DNA of 64,000 nucleotides from Pseudomonadota bacterium (GTDB lineage Bacteria; Pseudomonadota; Alphaproteobacteria; Sphingomonadales; Sphingomonadaceae), in assembly GCA_018240895.1 (NCBI GenBank), contig JAFEEX010000029.1, positions 851 through 64,850 on the forward strand. Direction: 5' to 3'. Shown piece after piece: positions 59,704 to 64,000 of this stretch. The notes below the pieces were generated by a model that saw only the letters and a list, made by a program, of their open reading frames with translations, did not search any database and was not told where the DNA came from. The translations under genes and the position numbers were made by a program. Positions within the stretch are counted from its first letter, which is position 1, and each line of letters begins with the position of its first letter.

Positions 59704-60594
59704 ATGATGCATAAGATATACCTTGCGGCATTTTCCGCGGTCTCTCTTGCTTTCGCGCCAGCAGCGCTCGCCCGGACCGCCGAAAACGATGCGCAGGCAT
59801 TTCTTGACTATCTGACGACAATGCCAATCCCATCTTCCCCTGCAGACGGGAGCAGCGCCTACTTGCCCAGCGGACCATTCAGCACCTGGACGCCCGCCCA
59901 GCAGAAGGAAGTACCTGAGCGGATCGGGAACACCTGCATGGTCATGTGGACCATGGCGCATGATGCACCCCAAACCCGTTTTCTGCCCAAAGGGCTGGAC
60001 GAGGACGAAGGATCGATCGGTTTCAACCTGTGCCTTGCTGGCCATATGCCAGCCGACTGGCCCCAGCACGATGCGCTGGTCGATCAGATCAAGGCCAGCT
60101 TCGCGCGGGCACAGGCCGCCGGAAGCACGCTGAAGATGCCCGCCGCGATTGCTGGCCCGGCCCATACCTGGGAACTATACCAAAATCCGCGTTTCGGCAC
60201 CCAGGCTGAATTTCCCGCCGATCTGTTCGGAACGGCGATCAAATCCGAAAACGGCGATGGCGCGCGGTGGACCGCGTCCGGCGGCGCGTCCCTGCGTATC
60301 TTCGGGTTCTGGAACACGTTGAAGCAGCGCCCGGCAGCCTACGAAGCGTTTCTTCACGAGGCCGCGCCGCAACGTTATGCGGGCGTAACCTTCAGAACGG
60401 TGCGGCAAAATCTTATGATCCTTTCCGGCACGGATCACGGCACCGTCTTTTACGAACGCTATGCTTTCGGCGATTCGTCCGGCGCGGTGCATGCCCTGGT
60501 GCTGGAATATCCCGCCACCGCACGGATGACATTCGATCCGCTGGTGACGCGCATCTCTTCATCGCTCCGATGGACAGGTTCGCCGAAGAAGTAG
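59704..60594 (+). CDS. Secreted hypothetical protein (two-domain)
   Basis: signal peptide ending ALA; C-terminal W..Y.NPRFG...P...ENGDG domain. Confidence 0.7.
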   Translation: MMHKIYLAAFSAVSLAFAPAALARTAENDAQAFLDYLTTMPIPSSPADGSSAYLPSGPFSTWTPAQQKEVPERIGNTCMVMWTMAHDAPQTRFLPKGLDEDEGSIGFNLCLAGHMPADWPQHDALVDQIKASFARAQAAGSTLKMPAAIAGPAHTWELYQNPRFGTQAEFPADLFGTAIKSENGDGARWTASGGASLRIFGFWNTLKQRPAAYEAFLHEAAPQRYAGVTFRTVRQNLMILSGTDHGTVFYERYAFGDSSGAVHALVLEYPATARMTFDPLVTRISSSLRWTGSPKK

Positions 60595-60683
60595 AAGAAC
60601 CACCTGATATGCGGCCGGGCTATGCATATTGCCACGGTTGAGGTGGCGCTGGTCCGCACAAAGCGGCTTGACGCAATTCACCG

Positions 60684-61229
60684 TCACCCGGCCAGCCAGG
60701 CCCACATCAGGCGCCCCGGAGTGAATGCCAGAACCCCCGGGATTGTCAGCGCCGCCAGATAGAGCCTGATCAGGCCCTGCCGATGCCGCGCAAGGTTGCC
60801 CGCCCGCGCATCCGCGATGGCGCGCCACGCGCTCCAGATGGTCAGGGGAACGAACAGGTGAATCGGGCTGAATGACCCGTGGTTCACTTCGCGAATGAAC
60901 ACGGCTGACAGGGCGGTCAGCACCATCAGCGCCAGCCAGACCTTGCCAAGCGCCTTGTGCTGGCGCGTTCCCTTGCGAGCCAGCAGCAGCCATGCCCCCA
61001 GTGGCAGGCAGGGGATGACGGTGGCGAGATGCAGCATCACCGCAGCCGACCTTGCACTGTCATGCGCCGGCACCAGTCCGGCAGCGGCGCGCGCAACAGT
61101 CCACAGGCAAACCGAGGTGAAGCCGATGCCAACCAGCGCAATCGCGCGGCGTTGCAGCGGATGAAGCTCCAGTGACGCGCGGCCATTAGAATTAGAAGGG
61201 GCAGGGATTTGATGGGCGACACTTGCCAT
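60684..61229 (-). CDS. DUF2306 membrane protein
   Basis: HLAT, RKGT..HK.LG, SPIH, HR, PGRLM. Confidence 0.85.
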   Translation of the reverse strand: MASVAHQIPAPSNSNGRASLELHPLQRRAIALVGIGFTSVCLWTVARAAAGLVPAHDSARSAAVMLHLATVIPCLPLGAWLLLARKGTRQHKALGKVWLALMVLTALSAVFIREVNHGSFSPIHLFVPLTIWSAWRAIADARAGNLARHRQGLIRLYLAALTIPGVLAFTPGRLMWAWLAG

Positions 61230-61387
61230 GATCGGGCTTCCTTTTGCAGCGATTGCCTGCTTCGTGCCGCACGCCCGTTTGCCCGCAACTGCCCCTGCGC
61301 GGGCCGGGCAAAATCTTCGTGAAAGGTGCGCTGCGGCGGCTGTACTGCCACTTTACGAAGCGCGAACCGGCGCTAGAAACACCGGGC

Positions 61388-62224
61388 ATGAGCGAACCGG
61401 TGATCGACGGCAGAACGGCATTGTTGCGGCAGGTAGTGATCGACCTTGCGGTGATTGGCGTTGTCGGGCTGGTTCTGGCGTTCCTTGGCCCGTTTGGCAC
61501 CTTTGCGTCACCCTTTGGTCTGCGGCTAATCTATTGGCTGGGACTCAGCCTGACCGGCTATGCCTGTTTCCGCCCGATCACCGGGCTGGTCACCAGGTGG
61601 GGAGCGCGCCTTGGCCTGCCAGAGGTTCCGCTGCTGGTTGCGGCCTGCCTTGTCGCCAGCGTGCCGATGACGGCCGTGGTGCTGGCGACCGGGCAATTGC
61701 CCGCCGCCCCGCGTTGGCCCACTTTGAGCGAGGCAATCGCACAATACGGGCTTGTTCTGGTGATCGGATCAGCGGTGACCGTGCTGTTCCACATCCTGAG
61801 CGAACGGAGCGGGACCGCGGCCAGCACGCCGGCGATCGGCACGCCTACCCCCGATGCGCCCGGACCATCGGCGGTCGAGGAAGCCAGGTTCCTGGCCCGC
61901 ATCCCGCCAACCCGGGCCGAGGATCTGCTGGCGCTGGAAATGGAGGATCACTATCTTCGCGCGCATACCCGGCAAGGTTCCCACCTGATATTGCTGCGGA
62001 TGCGTGACGCCCTGGCAGAGCTGGAGGGAATCGATGGTCTGCGGGTCCATCGCAGTTGGTGGGTTGCCCGCCATGCAGTTGCGTCAACCTTGCGCGACGG
62101 GCGCAGTATGCGGCTGCGACTGATCAGCGGACAGGAAGTGCCGGTCGCCCGCGATGCGGTGGCGCAGCTCAAGGAGGCCGGCTGGCTTACCTCAGTCCAG
62201 GCTTTGCAGCAGCCGCGTACCTGA
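61388..62224 (+). CDS. Membrane-anchored LytTR-family regulator
   Basis: N-terminal TM helices; LEMEDHYLR.HT, LRVHRSWWVA, VPVAR. Confidence 0.88.
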   Translation: MSEPVIDGRTALLRQVVIDLAVIGVVGLVLAFLGPFGTFASPFGLRLIYWLGLSLTGYACFRPITGLVTRWGARLGLPEVPLLVAACLVASVPMTAVVLATGQLPAAPRWPTLSEAIAQYGLVLVIGSAVTVLFHILSERSGTAASTPAIGTPTPDAPGPSAVEEARFLARIPPTRAEDLLALEMEDHYLRAHTRQGSHLILLRMRDALAELEGIDGLRVHRSWWVARHAVASTLRDGRSMRLRLISGQEVPVARDAVAQLKEAGWLTSVQALQQPRT

Positions 62225-62267
62225 ATCGCTTGACGAAAAACCGGGGCGGCGCAACACTCTGTTCCGG

Positions 62268-62627
62268 ATGACCGACACGCCCAACCTTGATCCCTTCGCC
62301 CTTGCGCGCACCTGGATGGCGCAGTGGGAGAAGATGGTGAACGAGCATGGCACCGAACTGCTCGCCAAGCCAGAGGCGGCGCAGGCCATGCAGGCCTTGA
62401 GCGGGGCGGCGATCCAGGCCCAGGCCGCCAGCAACGAGGCGACCGGGCGAATGCTTGCCGCCGCGAACCTTCCAAGCCGCGCCGACATTGAGGCACTGGG
62501 TACGCGCATCGCCTCGGTAGAGGCGGCGCTGGTCCGCATAGAGGCGCTGCTGCGCGATTCGGCATCGGCCCAGCCCAATCCGCCCGCCCGGCCCGCTGTG
62601 CCGCGCACCCGCAAGCCGCCGGCCTGA
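62268..62627 (+). CDS. Short PhaE/PhaR-like PHA synthase subunit
   Basis: NLPSRADI..L..RI..VE coiled coil; overlaps the phaC start. Confidence 0.7.
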   Translation: MTDTPNLDPFALARTWMAQWEKMVNEHGTELLAKPEAAQAMQALSGAAIQAQAASNEATGRMLAAANLPSRADIEALGTRIASVEAALVRIEALLRDSASAQPNPPARPAVPRTRKPPA

Positions 62628-63688
62628 TGGCAAGCGCGGCAGCAGGTACGGCGCAATCAGCCGTTGAGCGGGCCATTCAGCGCAGTCTCAAGGGTCTGGG
62701 CTATCTCGGTTCCCCGGCGCCGGTATTGGGGGCGACGTCCAAGGATGTGATCGTGTCGCGCGGGCCGATGCGGCTCTATCATTATCACCCGCAGGTTGAT
62801 GAGGTGTACCGGGTGCCGGTGCTGTTGGTGATGGCCACCACCAATCGCGGTTACATCTTTGACATGGTGCCGGGGCAAAGCCTGGTCGAGTTCCTGCTGC
62901 TGCGCGGTTATGATGTGTTCATGCTCGATTGGGAGGCTCCGCGACCAGAGGACCGCAGCCTGGCGCTGAAGGATTATGTCGAGGATTTTGTCGGCGGCGC
63001 GATTGCAGAGGTTCAGCGCGCGACCGGGGAAAGCGATGTCAGCCTGGTCGGCTATTGCATGGGCGGGGTGCTGTCAGTGCTGTGGTCGGGCCTGAACCAC
63101 GCGATCGGGCCAAAGAACCTGGCGGTGTTCACCACCCCGGTCGATTTCCGGCAGATGACCCTGTTTCAGGCCTGGTCCGATCCGCGCTATTTCGATGTTG
63201 ACCGGCTGGTTGACACGCTGGGCATGGCCCCGGCGGAAATGTTGCTGACCGCCTTTGACATGCTGCGCCCGGCGGGCCGTGCCAGCGCCAACTTTGCCCT
63301 GCTCGACAACATGTGGAACGACGAATTCGTCAAAGCGCATCGGATGTTTGACCGGTGGAGCAATGATATGCTGCCGCTCGCCGGTGAATATTTCCGCGAA
63401 ACGACCAAGGAACTGGTCTGGGCCAACAGCCTGATGGAAGGGACGATGCGGATCGGCGGCCGCCCGGTTGAGCTGGACCGGATCACTTGCCCGTTCCTGC
63501 ATGTCACGGCAGAGCACGATCATATCGTTACCACCGCCGCCTCTGCCCCGCTGATCGGCCTGATCGGATCGCCGGACAAGGAACAGGTGGTGCTGAAAGG
63601 CGGACACGTCAGCCTGATCGCCGGGCCGAATGCGGTCAAGCGGATGTGGCCAAGGCTGGACCACTGGTTGGGAGCGAAAAGCGTTTGA
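62627..63688 (+). CDS. phaC: Class III/IV-type PHA synthase (PhaC-like)
   Basis: 353 aa; GYCMGG lipase box, TPVDF, AEHDHIV, GGHVS. Confidence 0.8.
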   Translation: MASAAAGTAQSAVERAIQRSLKGLGYLGSPAPVLGATSKDVIVSRGPMRLYHYHPQVDEVYRVPVLLVMATTNRGYIFDMVPGQSLVEFLLLRGYDVFMLDWEAPRPEDRSLALKDYVEDFVGGAIAEVQRATGESDVSLVGYCMGGVLSVLWSGLNHAIGPKNLAVFTTPVDFRQMTLFQAWSDPRYFDVDRLVDTLGMAPAEMLLTAFDMLRPAGRASANFALLDNMWNDEFVKAHRMFDRWSNDMLPLAGEYFRETTKELVWANSLMEGTMRIGGRPVELDRITCPFLHVTAEHDHIVTTAASAPLIGLIGSPDKEQVVLKGGHVSLIAGPNAVKRMWPRLDHWLGAKSV

Positions 63689-64000
63689 GCGAGACATTGG
63701 CCATCGGCGGCAAACCCGTAGTGATCCGCGCGCCCGGCGCTGCTGACAAGGCCGCGCTGCAACGCTTTGCCGGGGCCATGCCGGTGCACGATCTGCTGTT
63801 CCTGGCCCGCGACATTCGCGAGCCCAAGGTTCTGGCAGCCTGGCTGGCAGCGCAGGAAAATGGCGATCTGGTCAGCCTGATCGCGCTGGATGGGGACGAG
63901 GTAGTCGCCACCGTCGCCGCGCTGTCAGACCGGCTGAGCTGGTCGGCCCACGTTTGGGACGTGCGCCTGCTGGTCGCCCCGGCGATGCGCGGCAAGGGCC
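63685..64000 (+). CDS. GNAT N-acetyltransferase (3'-truncated by the window edge; absent from the ORF track)
   Basis: TTG overlapping the phaC stop; MSETLAIGGKPVVIR...HDLLFL.RD...WSAHVWDVRLLVAPAMRGKG (acetyl-CoA motif A). Confidence 0.75.
   Translation, partial: MSETLAIGGKPVVIRAPGAADKAALQRFAGAMPVHDLLFLARDIREPKVLAAWLAAQENGDLVSLIALDGDEVVATVAALSDRLSWSAHVWDVRLLVAPAMRGKG

Overview
High-GC alphaproteobacterial chromosome segment. Gene content (lig cluster, TonB-dependent receptor, intergenic palindrome families) suggests a Sphingomonadales member such as Novosphingobium; the taxon is an inference. The left ~38 kb is an aromatic-catabolism region. It holds a 5'-truncated TonB-dependent receptor, a PhlG/phloretin-hydrolase-like protein, an NAD-dependent epimerase, a NodD/FdeR-like LysR regulator, a VOC ring-cleavage-type dioxygenase preceded by a nod-box-like sequence, a cyclase, an alpha/beta C-C hydrolase, an FAH-family hydrolase, cupins, four SDRs, a Rieske O-demethylase-like oxygenase, an O-methyltransferase, a non-canonical HisD paralog and an MFS transporter, followed by a complete protocatechuate 4,5-cleavage cluster (ligI-U-K / ligR / ligJ-A-B-C). 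A tRNA-Gln-ppx-rlmE housekeeping block interrupts this region. The right part is mostly housekeeping (GDP-mannose genes, CoA-transferase, GluP-type MFS, rpmI-rplT, pheST, aroC, pnuC/NadR-like, mlaA, ubiG, lysC). It also has a small secreted-protein islet, a LytTR/DUF2306 pair and a class III-like phaE-phaC-GNAT operon. Several REP/MITE-like palindromes sit between genes. No CRISPR array, integrase or transposase was seen. The best candidate for an undescribed system is a dispersed, NodD-like-regulated flavonoid/plant-polyphenol catabolic regulon that feeds the lig pathway and includes unusual accessory enzymes.
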